Source: Candidatus Aenigmatarchaeota archaeon (GTDB taxonomy: Archaea; Aenigmatarchaeota; Aenigmatarchaeia; CG10238-14; SpSt-28). Taken from it: a DNA stretch of 64,000 nt. Of the stretch, positions 28,413 through 40,972 are shown one piece after another. How positions within the stretch are numbered: the stretch's first letter is position 1; every line of letters starts with the position of its first letter. A program made the position numbers and the translations under genes. The stretch is from the NCBI GenBank assembly GCA_032249395.1, contig JAVVFY010000003.1:40738-104737 (forward strand), given 5' to 3'. The notes beneath the pieces were generated by a model, which was not told the origin of the DNA, did not search any database, and saw only the letters and a program-made list of their open reading frames with translations.

Positions 28413-31400
28413 CAAGGGCTAGCGTTTTTCTAGATGGTGAATATTTGGGTGAAATTGAAAACCCTAAAGAATTCGTAGAAAGCGTTAGAAAAATGAGAAG
28501 GGAGGGAAAAATACCACCATTTGTTAATATTGCATACCATGCTCACTTAAATGAAGTAAGAATTTTAACTTCGCCAGGAAGAGTAGTTAGACCTCTGATA
28601 GTTGTAGAAAATGGAGTTCCAAAATTAACAAAAGATATATTAGAAAAAGTGAGAAGGGGTGAATTGAGTTTTTCTGATCTAGTGAAAAATGGAATTATTG
28701 AGTATTTGGATGCGGAAGAGGAGGAAAATGCTTATATTGCAATAAGACCTGAAGAAGTAACCAAAGAACACACACATTTAGAAATAGATCCTGCAGTAAT
28801 TCTTGGTTTTTCCGCCCAATTTGTTCCTTATCCAGAATTTAATAGGGGAGATAGAGTTAATTATGGAGCTAAAATGGGGGATCAATCTATAGGTATATTT
28901 GCGGCAAACTTTCTTAATAGAGTTGACAGCAAATCAAGCGTATTAGTTTACCCGCAAAAGCCGCTAGTACAGACATACATACATAAAATTCTAGACTATA
29001 CAGAAAACTATCCCCATGGTGTTAATGTTGTAATAGCAGTAGCCACTTATGAAGGATACAATATTGAAGATGCTATCGTTTTAAATAAGTCTTCGGTAGA
29101 AAGAGGTATGTTTTGGAGCTATATGTATAGAACTTATGAGACGGAAGAAAAAAGATATCTTGGTGGTCAAGAAGATATAATTGGAATACCACAACCAGGA
29201 ATAAGAGGTTATGGTGGTGAGGAGGAATACAAACACCTTCCAGAAGATGGGATAGTAAATCCAGAAACCGAAGTACATTCAGATCAAGTTCTTATAGGAA
29301 AAACTTCTCCTCTAAGATTCTTAGGCAAAGCCGATATATTTTTAGCAGGAATGGAAAACTTAAGAGAAACGTCTGTAAGAGTAAGGCATGGTGATAAAGG
29401 AATAGTTGATAGAGTTTATTTAACTCAAACAACCGATGGTACAAAATTAGTTAAAGTTGTTGTTAGAGACTTGAAAAAACCAGAAATAGGCGATAAATTT
29501 GCTTCTAGACATGGACAAAAAGGAGTAATAGGGTTAGTGGTTCCTCATGAAGACATGCCATTTACAGAAAGTGGTATTGTTCCTGATATTATTTTCAATC
29601 CTCATGGACTGCCATCTAGAATGACAGTTGGTCAACTTCTAGAAATTTTAGCAGGAAAAGTAGCGGCAATATCTGGAAGATACATAGATGCCCCAGCTTT
29701 TAATCCTACCAATGAAGAAGAGTTGAAAAACGTTCTGAAGAAATTAGGATTTGAAGAAAGTGGGAAAGAGATAATGTATGATGGCAAAACGGGAAGAAAA
29801 TTCGAAGCTAAGATTTTCATAGGCTGTTCTTTCTATATGAAGTTGGATCACCTAGTTTCAAATAAACTACAATCAAGAGCAAGAGGTCCTGTAACTTTAT
29901 TAACGAAACAACCAACAGAAGGTAGAAGCAAAGAAGGTGGTTTAAGATTGGGTGAAATGGAAAAGGATTGTTTATTGGCTCATGGTGCTGTGCTAACTTT
30001 AAAAGAAAGATTCGATTCAGATAGAATTATTCTACCTGTTTGTAAGAAATGTGGAATGGTAGCTGTTCACGAAAAACCAAAAAACAGATATTTCTGTCCT
30101 GTATGCAAAGATGATGCAGAAATAACAAATGTTGAGATGACTCACGCTTTCAAATTACTATTGGATGAACTAAAGAGCTTGCTAATATATCCTAAGTTGG
30201 TTATTAACGATGAAGGAAAGATAAGCAAAATAGAATTCAGTATTCTAGATCCTGATACTATAAGAAAGATGGCGTTCGCTGATATAACTAAAATTGATAT
30301 CTACGATGAAGAAGGATACCCTATAGAAGGAGGTGTTATGGATCCTAGATTAGGAACAGTAGAACCTGGAATAAGATGTAGGGTTTGTGGAGGAAATGTT
30401 GGAGAGTGTCTAGGTCATTTTGGTAAAGTAGAACTTGTAAAACCTGTTATTCATCCTCACTATGTCAAGTTTTTGCATTTTGTATTAAAAATAACATGTA
30501 GAAAATGCGGAAAACTTTTGATAGATGAGGAGACAAAAAAGAAAGGTAAGATATCGTGGAAAGAAATAGAGAAACTTGCGTTGAAAAAATGCCCATATTG
30601 TAATACTCAACAAAAAGAAATTAAATTAATTAAGCCATACATATTTATAGAAGGTAACAAAGTATTAAATCAGGAGGAGATTAGAGAGAGGCTAGAGAAA
30701 ATACCAAATGAGGACCTGAAGATACTTAATCTTAAAATAAGACCTGAATGGTTGATTCTAACAGTACTTCCAATACCTCCAGTAACTATAAGACCATCCA
30801 TAACATTAGAAACTGGAGAAAGAAGCGAAGATGACTTAACCCATAAGCTGGTAGAGATAGTAAGAATTAACGACAGGCTTAGAGAAAATTTGGAGTTGGG
30901 AGCACCACAATTCTTATTGAACGATTTATGGGAGCTTCTACAATATCATGTAGCAACTTATTTTGATAATGAATTGTCTGGAGTTCCGCCAGCGAGACAT
31001 AGATCTGGTAGGGTTTTAAAAACTCTAAGCCAAAGATTGAAAACGAAAGAAGGAAGATTTAGAGGAAACCTACTTGGAAAGAGAGTTAACTTCTGTGCAA
31101 GAACAGTTATTTCCCCCGACCCTAAAATTAAAATAAATGAAGTTGGTGTTCCACAAATAATAGCTAAAGATATAACAATTCCTATAAGAGTAGATGAGAG
31201 AAATATAGAAGAGTGTAGAAAACTTGTTTTGAACGGTCCTAATTGTTGGCCTGGTGCAAACTACGTTATTAGACCTGATGGAAAGAGAAAAAGAATCTTA
31301 GAAACAAACAAAGAGGAAATAGCAAAAGAACTTGATGTTGGTTATATAGTTGAAAGACATTTAATGGACGGAGATATTGTTATTTTTAACAGACAGCCAA

Positions 31401-32698
31401 GCCTGCATAGAATGAGCATGATGGCTCATAGAGTAAGAGTAATGCCATACCTAACTTTTAGATTAAATGTAGCTGTCTGTCCGCCATACAATGCCGACTT
31501 TGATGGAGATGAGATGAACTTACATGTTCCACAAACAGAAGAAGCCAGAAGTGAAATAGATATCCTTGCTTCGGTGGAAAAAAACATAAGAAGCCCGAGA
31601 TACTCTGCTCCCATAATAGGACCAATAAGGGATGGGATAACTGGTCTATACTTGTTAACTAAAGACGGTAACAAGCTTAGCAGAAGAGATGCAATTAGAT
31701 TGATAAGAAGCGTAGATACTGATGTAGAAATTCCGGAAAAGGATGAATTCACCGGTAAGGAAGTCTTTAGTATTCTACTACCTAAAGATTTCTCTATCGA
31801 ATACAAAGGAAAAACAGGAATTGTAAAAATAGAAAATGGTAAACTTATAAAAGGTGAATTAGAAAAAAACGGAATAAGCGCGGACGGAGGAAAAATAATA
31901 GACAAAATAGAAAAATATTATGGAAGAGTGTTCGCTAGCGAATTCATTTATAAAATTCAGCTTTTAGGGATTAACTATCTGGACATGAAAGGATTTTCTC
32001 TTGGGATTACGGATTTGAGTATAGAAAAAAGAGTAAAAGAGGAGATACAGAAGATTATAGAACAAACAGAAAGCGATATTAATAAAATGATTGAAAAATT
32101 CAACAAAGGAGAGCTAATTCCTATGATAGGGAGAACTACCGAGGAAACTTTAGAAAATATGATAAAAGAAAGAATAGCTATGTGTTTGAATGAAAGCATG
32201 AGTGTATTAGAAAGAGGAATTAAAGAATCTCCAGCTTTAGATATGGTAAAATGCGGTGCTAGAGGAAGTTTAGTAAATCTCTTACAAATAGTTGGGTTAA
32301 TTGGTCAGGAAATGATAATGGGCGAAAGAATAGAAAAAGGATATTATAAGAGGACTTTTCCTCATTTTAAGATGAATGATATAAGTCCGGCATCCAAAGG
32401 TTTTGTTGCGCATGCTTTTAAAGATGGTTTAAACGTATTTGAATTCTACTTCGATAATATGAACTCCAGAGAAAGTCTTATGGATAAAAGTTTAAAAACA
32501 AGGCACTCTGGTTATATGGAGAGAAGATTAGTCGGCGCTCTTCAAGATTTAAAAATCGCATACGACGGAACAATAAGAGACGCCGCAAATAGAATAATTC
32601 AATTCGTTCCATTCGAGGATGGTCTAGACCCATCGAAAATTACTAGAGAAGGAATAAATGTTAGAGAAATAGCAAGGAGGATCTTCAATGCTTCCTAA
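28409..32698 (+). CDS. Fused RNA polymerase subunits B' (Rpo2C) and A' (Rpo1N)
   Basis: B' motifs [29 protein letters not shown] run in frame into A' motifs [39 protein letters not shown]; junction ~30200. Confidence 0.93.
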   Translation: MTRASVFLDGEYLGEIENPKEFVESVRKMRREGKIPPFVNIAYHAHLNEVRILTSPGRVVRPLIVVENGVPKLTKDILEKVRRGELSFSDLVKNGIIEYLDAEEEENAYIAIRPEEVTKEHTHLEIDPAVILGFSAQFVPYPEFNRGDRVNYGAKMGDQSIGIFAANFLNRVDSKSSVLVYPQKPLVQTYIHKILDYTENYPHGVNVVIAVATYEGYNIEDAIVLNKSSVERGMFWSYMYRTYETEEKRYLGGQEDIIGIPQPGIRGYGGEEEYKHLPEDGIVNPETEVHSDQVLIGKTSPLRFLGKADIFLAGMENLRETSVRVRHGDKGIVDRVYLTQTTDGTKLVKVVVRDLKKPEIGDKFASRHGQKGVIGLVVPHEDMPFTESGIVPDIIFNPHGLPSRMTVGQLLEILAGKVAAISGRYIDAPAFNPTNEEELKNVLKKLGFEESGKEIMYDGKTGRKFEAKIFIGCSFYMKLDHLVSNKLQSRARGPVTLLTKQPTEGRSKEGGLRLGEMEKDCLLAHGAVLTLKERFDSDRIILPVCKKCGMVAVHEKPKNRYFCPVCKDDAEITNVEMTHAFKLLLDELKSLLIYPKLVINDEGKISKIEFSILDPDTIRKMAFADITKIDIYDEEGYPIEGGVMDPRLGTVEPGIRCRVCGGNVGECLGHFGKVELVKPVIHPHYVKFLHFVLKITCRKCGKLLIDEETKKKGKISWKEIEKLALKKCPYCNTQQKEIKLIKPYIFIEGNKVLNQEEIRERLEKIPNEDLKILNLKIRPEWLILTVLPIPPVTIRPSITLETGERSEDDLTHKLVEIVRINDRLRENLELGAPQFLLNDLWELLQYHVATYFDNELSGVPPARHRSGRVLKTLSQRLKTKEGRFRGNLLGKRVNFCARTVISPDPKIKINEVGVPQIIAKDITIPIRVDERNIEECRKLVLNGPNCWPGANYVIRPDGKRKRILETNKEEIAKELDVGYIVERHLMDGDIVIFNRQPSLHRMSMMAHRVRVMPYLTFRLNVAVCPPYNADFDGDEMNLHVPQTEEARSEIDILASVEKNIRSPRYSAPIIGPIRDGITGLYLLTKDGNKLSRRDAIRLIRSVDTDVEIPEKDEFTGKEVFSILLPKDFSIEYKGKTGIVKIENGKLIKGELEKNGISADGGKIIDKIEKYYGRVFASEFIYKIQLLGINYLDMKGFSLGITDLSIEKRVKEEIQKIIEQTESDINKMIEKFNKGELIPMIGRTTEETLENMIKERIAMCLNESMSVLERGIKESPALDMVKCGARGSLVNLLQIVGLIGQEMIMGERIEKGYYKRTFPHFKMNDISPASKGFVAHAFKDGLNVFEFYFDNMNSRESLMDKSLKTRHSGYMERRLVGALQDLKIAYDGTIRDAANRIIQFVPFEDGLDPSKITREGINVREIARRIFNAS

Positions 32699-33824
32699 AA
32701 AGATTTTAGAAGAGGTGGAAAAGGTCTCTAAAGAACTAAAACTTAATGAAGAAGATAAAAATAAATTGATAAAAGAAGTGGAAAAAGAATACCTTAATAT
32801 GATGGCCGAACCTGGTGAAGCTGTAGGTATTTTGGCTGCTCAAAGTATTTCTGAACCAGCTACTCAACTTACCATGAGAACTTATCACCTTGCTGGAGCT
32901 GCAGGAGTTAAGATTACATTTGGTTTACCAAGACTGATAGAGATATTCGATGCAAAAAGAAACATAGAAACCCCGATGATGACGATATATTTGAAAAAAG
33001 AATTTAACACTAAGGAAGAGGCGGAAAAAGTGGCATTTAAAATAGTTGAGAAGAGAGTTATAGACCTATCTAGTTATATATCAATGGATATAGGAGAAAC
33101 TTCCATTATTGTAGAACCTTCTGACAAAAGAAAAGCGGAAAAGATAGAAACGGCAATAAAAGAATATTTAGGTAAGAAAGCAGAAGTAAGCACTAAAGAA
33201 GGCAAAATAATTGTTCGAGTCAAAGAGAAGGAAGTAAGTCTTTCAGATTTACAAAAAATAAAAGAAGATATCTGCAATATCGTTGTAGAGGGTATTCCTG
33301 GAGTAACAGCAGTAATAGTTAAAAAAGAAGGAGACGAATGGATTTTGCAAACTGTTGGATCAAATCTAAAAGAAGTATTGAAACTCCCCGAAGTAAATGA
33401 ACATAAAACGATATCTAACGACATTTTTGAGGTTTATGAAATTTTTGGAATTGAAGCAGCTAGAAATGTCATAATAAAAGAAGCTTACAAGACTATGCAA
33501 GAACAAGGATTAGATACAGATATAAGATATTTGCTGCTTTTGGCAGATGTGATGATATGGAGTGGAGAAATAAGCTCTATAGGAAGATATGGTGTGGCTG
33601 GTGCTAAGTTTTCGGTACTTTCAAGAGCTGCGTTTGAAGAAACAATAAAACATCTAATTAGAGCATCGATAAGAAATGAAGTTGATGAATTTAAAGGTTT
33701 GTTCGAAAATGTTATGATAGGTCAACCGGCACCAGTAGGTACTGGTATGTTTGAGCTATTAGTTAGAGGGGGAGAAGAAAATGAAAGTGGAGGAGATGGT
33801 GAAAAAAGCATTAAAGGAGAATAG
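32688..33824 (+). CDS. rpoA2: RNA polymerase subunit A'' (Rpo1C)
   Basis: [43 protein letters not shown]. Confidence 0.96.
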   Translation: MLPKKILEEVEKVSKELKLNEEDKNKLIKEVEKEYLNMMAEPGEAVGILAAQSISEPATQLTMRTYHLAGAAGVKITFGLPRLIEIFDAKRNIETPMMTIYLKKEFNTKEEAEKVAFKIVEKRVIDLSSYISMDIGETSIIVEPSDKRKAEKIETAIKEYLGKKAEVSTKEGKIIVRVKEKEVSLSDLQKIKEDICNIVVEGIPGVTAVIVKKEGDEWILQTVGSNLKEVLKLPEVNEHKTISNDIFEVYEIFGIEAARNVIIKEAYKTMQEQGLDTDIRYLLLLADVMIWSGEISSIGRYGVAGAKFSVLSRAAFEETIKHLIRASIRNEVDEFKGLFENVMIGQPAPVGTGMFELLVRGGEENESGGDGEKSIKGE

Positions 33825-34035
33825 AATAATCTTCGGTTATAGAGAATCATTAAAATACATAAGGAATAACACTCCAGAAGTCGTCATAATTGCTAAAAAT
33901 GCGCCAGAGAAAATAAGAAAAGTTATACTAAATAGTAATGTTAAGTTTATCATTTTTGAAGGGAGCAGCAAAGAGTTGGGCACTATTTGTGGCAGGCCAC
34001 ATCCTATAACGACAATAGTAATAAGGGGAAATTGA
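33781..34035 (+). CDS. rpl30e: 50S ribosomal protein eL30
   Basis: IIAKNAP...[14 protein letters not shown]; conserved operon position. Confidence 0.9.
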   Translation: MKVEEMVKKALKENRIIFGYRESLKYIRNNTPEVVIIAKNAPEKIRKVILNSNVKFIIFEGSSKELGTICGRPHPITTIVIRGN

Positions 34036-34036
34036 A

Positions 34037-34450
34037 ATGAAGATAACTTTTGATACAGAAACAATTAAAACCATTAATCTATTTGAAACTATTAACAAAG
34101 CTAGTGTTAAAGATTGCATAATTATGGATGATAGAATATACTTCTTAATAGATGAGGGAGAATCAAAAAAAATAAAAGAAAATGGCAATTTAGTAAGAAA
34201 CCTGGAAAAGATGCTAAAAAAGAAAATAATAATTTTTGAATATTCCAAAGACTTATCGACATTTCTAAAAAACTCAATAAAGGGTGTTCGTGAAATAAAA
34301 ATAAGAAATGAAAAAGAAGAGAAAATAGTGGAAATAAGTGTTGATAACTATCTAAAAAGTATAGTAATAGGTAAGGATGGTAAAAACATAAAAGCTTTAA
34401 GACAAATTTTGAAAAGAAACTATAACATAGATAATTTGGTGATAAGGTAA
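34037..34450 (+). CDS. nusA: Archaeal NusA (KH-domain)
   Basis: [17 protein letters not shown] motif; operon position. Confidence 0.88.
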   Translation: MKITFDTETIKTINLFETINKASVKDCIIMDDRIYFLIDEGESKKIKENGNLVRNLEKMLKKKIIIFEYSKDLSTFLKNSIKGVREIKIRNEKEEKIVEISVDNYLKSIVIGKDGKNIKALRQILKRNYNIDNLVIR

Positions 34451-34872
34451 TGCCTGGAGAATTTGCTGGTAGAAAATTAAAGCAAAGAAGAAAAAAGTTC
34501 AGATGGTCTAGCGAAGCATATAAAAGAAGAGTTTTGCAGCTATGGAAAAAAGATCCGCTAGAGGGAGCTCCCATGGCTAGAGGAATAGTTATAGAAAAGA
34601 GAGCTGTAGAGCAAAGAAAACCGGCTTCCGGTTTAACGAAATGTGTTAGGGTCCAATTGATTAAAAACAACATACAAGTTACTGCCCATGTTCCAGGAGT
34701 TGGAGCAATTGATAAGATTAGTGAACACGATGAAGTATTAATAGAAAAAGTTGGTGGAGGCCAAGGAGGATCAAAAGGTAGTATGGTAGGTATAAAATAT
34801 AGAGTTATTGCTGTTAATGGAGTCGCTCTAAGTGAAATCCTCAAAGGTAAAAAACAGAAACCTGCTAGGTAG
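34450..34872 (+). CDS. rps12: 30S ribosomal protein uS12
   Basis: [23 protein letters not shown]. Confidence 0.96.
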   Translation: MPGEFAGRKLKQRRKKFRWSSEAYKRRVLQLWKKDPLEGAPMARGIVIEKRAVEQRKPASGLTKCVRVQLIKNNIQVTAHVPGVGAIDKISEHDEVLIEKVGGGQGGSKGSMVGIKYRVIAVNGVALSEILKGKKQKPAR

Positions 34873-34877
34873 ATTTT

Positions 34878-35480
34878 ATGAGTGAGGAGATAAAACTGTT
34901 TGGCAAATGGTCTTTCGACGTTAAAATTTTAGATAAAGGACTTGAAAGATATATTAATTTAACTCCAAAAATAGTTCCAAAATCGTGTGGTAGATATGCT
35001 AAACAACAATTTCATAAATCAAAAATGAATATTGTTGAAAGACTTATTACCCATTTAATGGTTCCAGGCCATAAAGGTAAAAAACATGTTTTAACTTCTG
35101 GAAGAGTTGTTGGAAGATGGCAAACAACCTATAAAATTGTGGAAAAAGCGTTTGATAAAATATACGAAATTACAAAGAAAAATCCTTTAGAGATTTTTGT
35201 TAGAGCTATAGAAAACGCTGCTATTAGAGAAGAAATTGCTGCTTATCAAGTTGGTGGAATAATAGTTAGAAAAGCTGTAGTTACCTCTCCTCAAAGAAGA
35301 GTTGATTTAGCTCTAAGGCATATAGCGCAAGCGGCATATAGGAAGGCTTTTGGAAAAAAAGCAAATATGGTTGATGCGTTAGTTGAAGAAATTATTGGCG
35401 CTTATGAAAATAATCCAACAAAAAGTGAAGCTATAAGAGAAAAAGAGAGAATAGAAAAAGAAGCAGAGGGAGCAAGATAG
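34878..35480 (+). CDS. rps7: 30S ribosomal protein uS7
   Basis: KLFGKW, IVERL, SPQRRVDLALR. Confidence 0.96.
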   Translation: MSEEIKLFGKWSFDVKILDKGLERYINLTPKIVPKSCGRYAKQQFHKSKMNIVERLITHLMVPGHKGKKHVLTSGRVVGRWQTTYKIVEKAFDKIYEITKKNPLEIFVRAIENAAIREEIAAYQVGGIIVRKAVVTSPQRRVDLALRHIAQAAYRKAFGKKANMVDALVEEIIGAYENNPTKSEAIREKERIEKEAEGAR

Positions 35481-35513
35481 ATTTGATTATTTTTAAGAAA
35501 GGGGTGGATATTT

Positions 35514-38500
35514 ATGACTATGAAAAAAGAGATGATTGAAAGAATCAAAGAATGTATGAAGCATCCGGAGAGAATAAGAAACGTTGCTACTAGTTCTCAC
35601 GTTCACCATGGAAAATGTGTAAGTGGCGATACATTGATATTCCTAGAAGATAAAACCCTAACTGCAAAAGAACTTTTTGAGATAGCAAAAAAAGACGGCG
35701 TACTTTTAAAGAAGGATTTAGAGGAAATTTATAAACTTGCAGAACCTATAAGTGTACTAACCTATAAGGACGGAGTAATTTCAAGAGGATTAATAACTCA
35801 TGCATGGAAGATTAAGAATTTTGATAAATTGATAGAAGTTGAAACAAACGATGGGAGGAGAATTAAAGTTACGCCAGAACATAAATTTTTGATTTTTAAG
35901 AACGGAAAAATATATGAAAAAGAGGCGAGAGATTTAAACAGGGGAGAGATTTTAGTTTTACCAAATGTTATTCCTTCAAAATCTATAGACCTAAAAGAGA
36001 TTAAAACTTACTTTCTAAAGAAATTATCCGAAGATTATTCTTTTCTGGCTTACGTTAGCGATAATTTAAAGAAAAAACTCCACAAGATTGTCATAGAGTA
36101 TGGAAGAATGAAAATTCACAAAGAAATAAAAAGCAAAATAAAGCCTCTTTCCTTTTATCATGGTGTGTGGGGAGGCAGATACAGAATTTCCGACTTAATA
36201 AAGTTGGCAGAGAAATTCCAAGTTGATTTATCAGAAGTTTACGATAACATCGAATTCATTTCCTATAGAAAAGGAATAAAAAGATACGGTTCGAGAACCT
36301 CTATCAAATTAAAACTTCCTAAAAATGAAAAAGAATTTATTGAGTTCTTCTATTTACTTGGTCTTTTGTTTGGAGACGGAAGTGTAAATTTAACGTTTGA
36401 TAACAATAATCCAAAACTTTTAGAAAAGGTTGTTAAAATCTGTAGAGAAATTCTTGGAACATCTCCAGTACTTAAAAAGTATAAAAATAAGTGTCCACGA
36501 GTTTATTTGAATGGCGGATTTACATTAAAGTTTTTCCTCAATAAAGTGTTTGATTATCCGTTGAAGTCAAAAGCCAAAAATCTCAGAATTCCTTGTATTT
36601 TATTCAATTTGCCACTTCATTTCATTTCAAGTTTCATAAGAGGATACTTTGATACAGATGGTTCTGTGCATCAAACCGTCTACCTTTCTTCGGCAAGTAG
36701 AGAAGTATTAGAAGGCATAAAACTTTTGCTATTAAGGTTTGGATGTCACTCTTATATAAGAGAGAAAATTGCAAGTATTAAAGATAGAAAATATAGAGAA
36801 TTTGTATTACACATTTCTGGAAGGATTGACCTCGAAAGATTTATTCATTTTATAGGTTTTGGAGTAGATTACAAACAAAAAAAGCTTGAAAGGCTCCACT
36901 TGAATGCTTCTTTTAGCAAAGTTTTTGATACAATTAAAATAGAGCTACCATTCATAAAGATGGTTGAAAATCAAATAGCTCTTTTACCTGTGGTTAATGT
37001 TAGAGAAGTTTATGGTGAGGATTTTGTTTATGATTTTACAGTTGAAGAAACACATAACTTCCTTGCAAATGGCTTCTTCATTCATAATACAACTCTAACT
37101 GACAACCTAATGGCTGGGGCCGGAATGCTAGCAGAAGAGATGGCTGGTAAAGTGATGTATACCTGGTTTGATCCGGAGGAAAGAAAGAGACAATTGACTG
37201 TTTATGGAGCAAACGTTAGCATGGTACACGAATATGAAGGTCAAGACTATTTGATAAATTTGCTAGATACTCCTGGTCACGTAGATTTTGGTGGCGACGT
37301 TACAAAAGCTATGAGAGCTGCAGATGGAACAATAGTTTTAGTAGATGCAGTAGAAGGAGTAATGCCACAAACCGAAACTGTATTTAGACAGGCTTTAAGA
37401 GAGTATGTTAAACCAGTATTATTTATTAATAAAACTGACAGACTGATAAAGGAATTAAAGTTAACTCCAGAACAAATGATGGAAAGATTTGAAAGAATAA
37501 TAAAGGATGTTAATGGATTGATTGACAAATATTGTCCACCAGAATTCAAAGGAAAATGGTATGTTAGTGTAAAAGATGGTAGCGTAGCTATTGGTAGTGC
37601 TTTCAAAAGATGGGCAATTTCTATTCCTTATTTACAAAAAAGCGGAGTAACTTTGAAAGAAGTTATTCAACTAACATTAGAAGGAAAAGAAGAAGAATTA
37701 GCTAAAAAGGCTCCTTTACATCAAGTTGTTTTGGATATGATTATTAGACATCTTCCTTCTCCTGTAGAAGCACAAAAATATAGAATTCCAAAAATTTGGA
37801 AAGGAGATATCGAAAGCGAAATTGGAAAACAGATGTTAAATTGTGATTCGAATGGAAGATTAGCCGCAATAGTAACTAAAATGATCCCAGACGAGCATGT
37901 AGGTTTTGTTGCTACAGCAAGAATATTTTCTGGTAAAATATTCAAAGGAAAAGAAATATATCTGGTAAACTCCAAAAAGAAAGAAAAAGTTCAACAGGTA
38001 GCAGTTTTCAAAGGAATAAACAGAGTTCCTGTGGATGAAGTTACCGCTGGGAACGTAGTAGCTATTGTAGGAATACCCGAAGCTTTTACTGGAGAAACGA
38101 TTTGTGATGTAGATTATACGATAGAACCATTCGCAGAAATAAAACACATTTTCGAACCAGTTGTTACAAAATCCATAGAGCCTAAAAATCCTATGGATTT
38201 ACCAAAACTTGTTGATGCATTGAGAAAAATTGGAAAAGAAGATCCCACGCTAATCGTTAAGATTAATCAGGAAACTGGAGAATATCTTGTTTCTGGCTTA
38301 GGTGAATTACACCTAGAAATTAAAGTAGAACACAAGTTGAAAGATATGGGAATCGATGTTGAGTTGTCTCCACCAATAGTAGTTTATAGAGAAACAATTC
38401 TTAAACCTTCCCCAATGGTAGAAGGAAAATCCCCAAATAAACACAACAAACTCTATTTCATTGTTGAACCATTAGAAGATGGTGTTTATGAAGCCATGAG

Positions 38501-39194
38501 AGCTGGAGAGATACCAAGCACGATTGAAGTAAAGAAGAAGAATTTGGAACTATTTCAAAAATTAGAAAAAGCTGGTATGAAAGGGGAAGATGCGAGAAAC
38601 GTATTGCTTATTTACAATAAAAATGTTTTCATCGATCAAACAAAAGGAGTACAGTTCTTGTTAGAGGCAATTGAAATGATTAAAGAGGCGTTTAAAGAAG
38701 TTATGGATGATGGTCCATTAGCAAGAGAACCTTGCATGAAGCTTAAAGTAAAATTGGTAGATGCTGAATTACATGAAGATCCTGTACACAGAGGCCCTGG
38801 TCAGATAATGCCGGCTGTAAGGTACGCTATAAGACAAGCTATGTTGTTAGCAGGTGCCTTGCTATATGAACCTAAACAAATCTTGAGAATAGATATTCCG
38901 AATGAGAATATGGGAATTGTAGTGAGGGAAATAGAAAATAGAAGAGGTAGCATTCTAGAAATGAAAGAAGAAGGAGAAACAATGACAATAATGGCAAAGA
39001 TACCCGTTTCCGAGTTGTTTGGATTTGATGCAAAACTTAAATCTTTAACTAGCGGTAGGGGATTTTATAGTCTTGTTGACATAGTTTTTGAAAAGTTACC
39101 AGACGAACTAAGAGAACAGACAATAAAATCAATAAGAAAAAGGAAAGGTCTGCCTGAAGAGATCCCTAAAGCTGAAGCTGAGCCGGTCTCTTAG
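35514..39194 (+). CDS. fusA: Elongation factor aEF-2, intein-containing
   Basis: IRN...HGK|intein|TTLTDNL, DTPGHVDF, GLGELHLE, diphthamide loop HEDPVHRGPGQ. Confidence 0.96.
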   Translation: MTMKKEMIERIKECMKHPERIRNVATSSHVHHGKCVSGDTLIFLEDKTLTAKELFEIAKKDGVLLKKDLEEIYKLAEPISVLTYKDGVISRGLITHAWKIKNFDKLIEVETNDGRRIKVTPEHKFLIFKNGKIYEKEARDLNRGEILVLPNVIPSKSIDLKEIKTYFLKKLSEDYSFLAYVSDNLKKKLHKIVIEYGRMKIHKEIKSKIKPLSFYHGVWGGRYRISDLIKLAEKFQVDLSEVYDNIEFISYRKGIKRYGSRTSIKLKLPKNEKEFIEFFYLLGLLFGDGSVNLTFDNNNPKLLEKVVKICREILGTSPVLKKYKNKCPRVYLNGGFTLKFFLNKVFDYPLKSKAKNLRIPCILFNLPLHFISSFIRGYFDTDGSVHQTVYLSSASREVLEGIKLLLLRFGCHSYIREKIASIKDRKYREFVLHISGRIDLERFIHFIGFGVDYKQKKLERLHLNASFSKVFDTIKIELPFIKMVENQIALLPVVNVREVYGEDFVYDFTVEETHNFLANGFFIHNTTLTDNLMAGAGMLAEEMAGKVMYTWFDPEERKRQLTVYGANVSMVHEYEGQDYLINLLDTPGHVDFGGDVTKAMRAADGTIVLVDAVEGVMPQTETVFRQALREYVKPVLFINKTDRLIKELKLTPEQMMERFERIIKDVNGLIDKYCPPEFKGKWYVSVKDGSVAIGSAFKRWAISIPYLQKSGVTLKEVIQLTLEGKEEELAKKAPLHQVVLDMIIRHLPSPVEAQKYRIPKIWKGDIESEIGKQMLNCDSNGRLAAIVTKMIPDEHVGFVATARIFSGKIFKGKEIYLVNSKKKEKVQQVAVFKGINRVPVDEVTAGNVVAIVGIPEAFTGETICDVDYTIEPFAEIKHIFEPVVTKSIEPKNPMDLPKLVDALRKIGKEDPTLIVKINQETGEYLVSGLGELHLEIKVEHKLKDMGIDVELSPPIVVYRETILKPSPMVEGKSPNKHNKLYFIVEPLEDGVYEAMRAGEIPSTIEVKKKNLELFQKLEKAGMKGEDARNVLLIYNKNVFIDQTKGVQFLLEAIEMIKEAFKEVMDDGPLAREPCMKLKVKLVDAELHEDPVHRGPGQIMPAVRYAIRQAMLLAGALLYEPKQILRIDIPNENMGIVVREIENRRGSILEMKEEGETMTIMAKIPVSELFGFDAKLKSLTSGRGFYSLVDIVFEKLPDELREQTIKSIRKRKGLPEEIPKAEAEPVS
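35616..37088 (+). mobile_element. Intein (491 aa) with LAGLIDADG homing endonuclease, inserted in the EF-2 P-loop
   Basis: Starts CVSGDT; block B VTPEHKF; LLGLLFGDGS and FIRGYFDTDGS; ends VYDFTVEETHNFLANGFFIHN followed by Thr +1. Confidence 0.95.
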
Positions 39195-39252
39195 ATTTTT
39201 AAATGGTTAAGTTAAGTATTTAAATTATAAAATTACAAATTTAAAAGGAGGG

Positions 39253-40530
39253 ATGAAGATGGCAAAGCCTCACATGAACATTGTAGTAATTGGTCATGTA
39301 GATCATGGTAAGTCAACAATAATTGGAAGATTGCTATATGAAAGCGGGGCCGTTAGAGAAGAAGAAATGAGAAAACTGCAAGAATTGGCAAAGGAATTTA
39401 AGATAGAGGGTGGTGAATTTGCTTATATCGTAGATAGAGAGAAAGAAGAGAGAATGAGAGGAATGACAATTGATATCATGCATAGACCTTTCGAAACTCA
39501 AAAATATTTCTTTACTGTTATTGATGCTCCGGGACATAGAGACTTTGTTAAGAACATGATTACTGGAGCATCCCAAGCAGATGCAGCAATACTAGTTGTT
39601 TCTGCTAGACCTGGGGAAGGTGTTCAAGAACAAACTAAAGAGCATGCGTTTTTAGCAAAAGTTCTAGGCATTAACCAATTGATTGTAGCTATTTCTAAAA
39701 TGGACCTTGCAGAATACAAAAAAGAAGTATATGAAAAATTAAAAGAAGAGACAAGCAAGCTTCTAAGAAGCATTGGATATAATGTTGATAAGATACATTT
39801 CGTTCCCGTTGCCGCACAATTCGGAGAAAATATCATAAAAAGAAGCGATAAAATGCCATGGTATAATGGGCCTACTTTAGTAGAGGCTTTAGATACTTTG
39901 CAAGTGCCTCCAAGACCTGTTGACAAACCGTTAAGAATACCGATACAAGATGTTTATTCTATTACTGGAGTAGGAACAGTCCCTGTAGGAAAAGTTGAAA
40001 GTGGTGTTTTAAAAGTTAATGATGTTGTTGTTTTCGAACCAAGTGGAGTTAAAGGAGAAGTTAAGTCTATTGAGATGCACCATCAATCAATACCACAAGC
40101 AATGCCAGGAGATAATATTGGATTTAATGTTAGAGGAGTGAGCAAAACAGATATTAGAAGAGGAGATGTAGCTGGTCATCCGAATAATCCACCAACTGTT
40201 GCTAAAGAATTTACAGCTCAAATTGTAGTATTACAACATCCAACTGTAATAGCTCCTGGTTATACTCCTGTATTACACATACATACTGCAACAGTTGCAG
40301 TTAGATTTGAAGAATTAATCGCAAAAATAGATCCAAGAACAGGCAATGTTATACAAGAAAAACCTGAATTTTTGAAAACGGGAGATGTAGCAAAAGTTAG
40401 ATTAGTACCAGTAAGGCCTACTGTTATAGAAAAGCAATCAGAATTTCCAGCTTTAGGAAAGTTTGCTATAAGAGATATGGGAATCACTGTTGCTGCAGGA
40501 ATAGTATTGGATGTAGTTAAGGCCAAGTAG
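39253..40530 (+). CDS. tuf: Elongation factor aEF-1alpha
   Basis: [29 protein letters not shown]; true start may be ATG 39259. Confidence 0.97.
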   Translation: MKMAKPHMNIVVIGHVDHGKSTIIGRLLYESGAVREEEMRKLQELAKEFKIEGGEFAYIVDREKEERMRGMTIDIMHRPFETQKYFFTVIDAPGHRDFVKNMITGASQADAAILVVSARPGEGVQEQTKEHAFLAKVLGINQLIVAISKMDLAEYKKEVYEKLKEETSKLLRSIGYNVDKIHFVPVAAQFGENIIKRSDKMPWYNGPTLVEALDTLQVPPRPVDKPLRIPIQDVYSITGVGTVPVGKVESGVLKVNDVVVFEPSGVKGEVKSIEMHHQSIPQAMPGDNIGFNVRGVSKTDIRRGDVAGHPNNPPTVAKEFTAQIVVLQHPTVIAPGYTPVLHIHTATVAVRFEELIAKIDPRTGNVIQEKPEFLKTGDVAKVRLVPVRPTVIEKQSEFPALGKFAIRDMGITVAAGIVLDVVKAK

Positions 40531-40616
40531 ATTTCTTATTTTCAACTTTTGCATTTTTATTTTGAATATTTTATAATTTTATATAAAGTCTATCGTATTA
40601 TTACAATGGTGAAAAT

Positions 40617-40940
40617 ATGCAAGTAGCACGAATAAAGTTGGTTGGAAGAAATCCAAAAAAGCTAGATGAAATAGCTAGAGAAATAATCGAAATAGCTAAA
40701 AAATTTGGAGTTGAGTATAGAGGGCCTATTCCTTTACCAACAAAAATACTAAGAATAACCACTTTAAAAACTCCATGCGGAGATGGGACGGGTCATGGAA
40801 ATGCTACATACGATAAATTTGAGATGAGAATACACAAGAGAATAGTAGACGTGCAAGCAGATGAGAGAACACTAAAACAAATATTAAGAGTTGGTATTCC
40901 TCAAGATATTCATGTTGAGATAAAGTTGATAAATCGTTAA
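40617..40940 (+). CDS. rps10: 30S ribosomal protein uS10
   Basis: GPIPLPTK, TPCGDG, MRIHKR. Confidence 0.96.
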   Translation: MQVARIKLVGRNPKKLDEIAREIIEIAKKFGVEYRGPIPLPTKILRITTLKTPCGDGTGHGNATYDKFEMRIHKRIVDVQADERTLKQILRVGIPQDIHVEIKLINR

Positions 40941-40972
40941 ATCATTTTATTTTTCTACTTCAAAACTTAATA

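Noticed and set aside
34122..34844. 240-aa minus-strand ORF and other antisense ORFs over rpo, fus, tuf, leuS, polB and topA
   Set aside because: Antisense shadows of conserved genes
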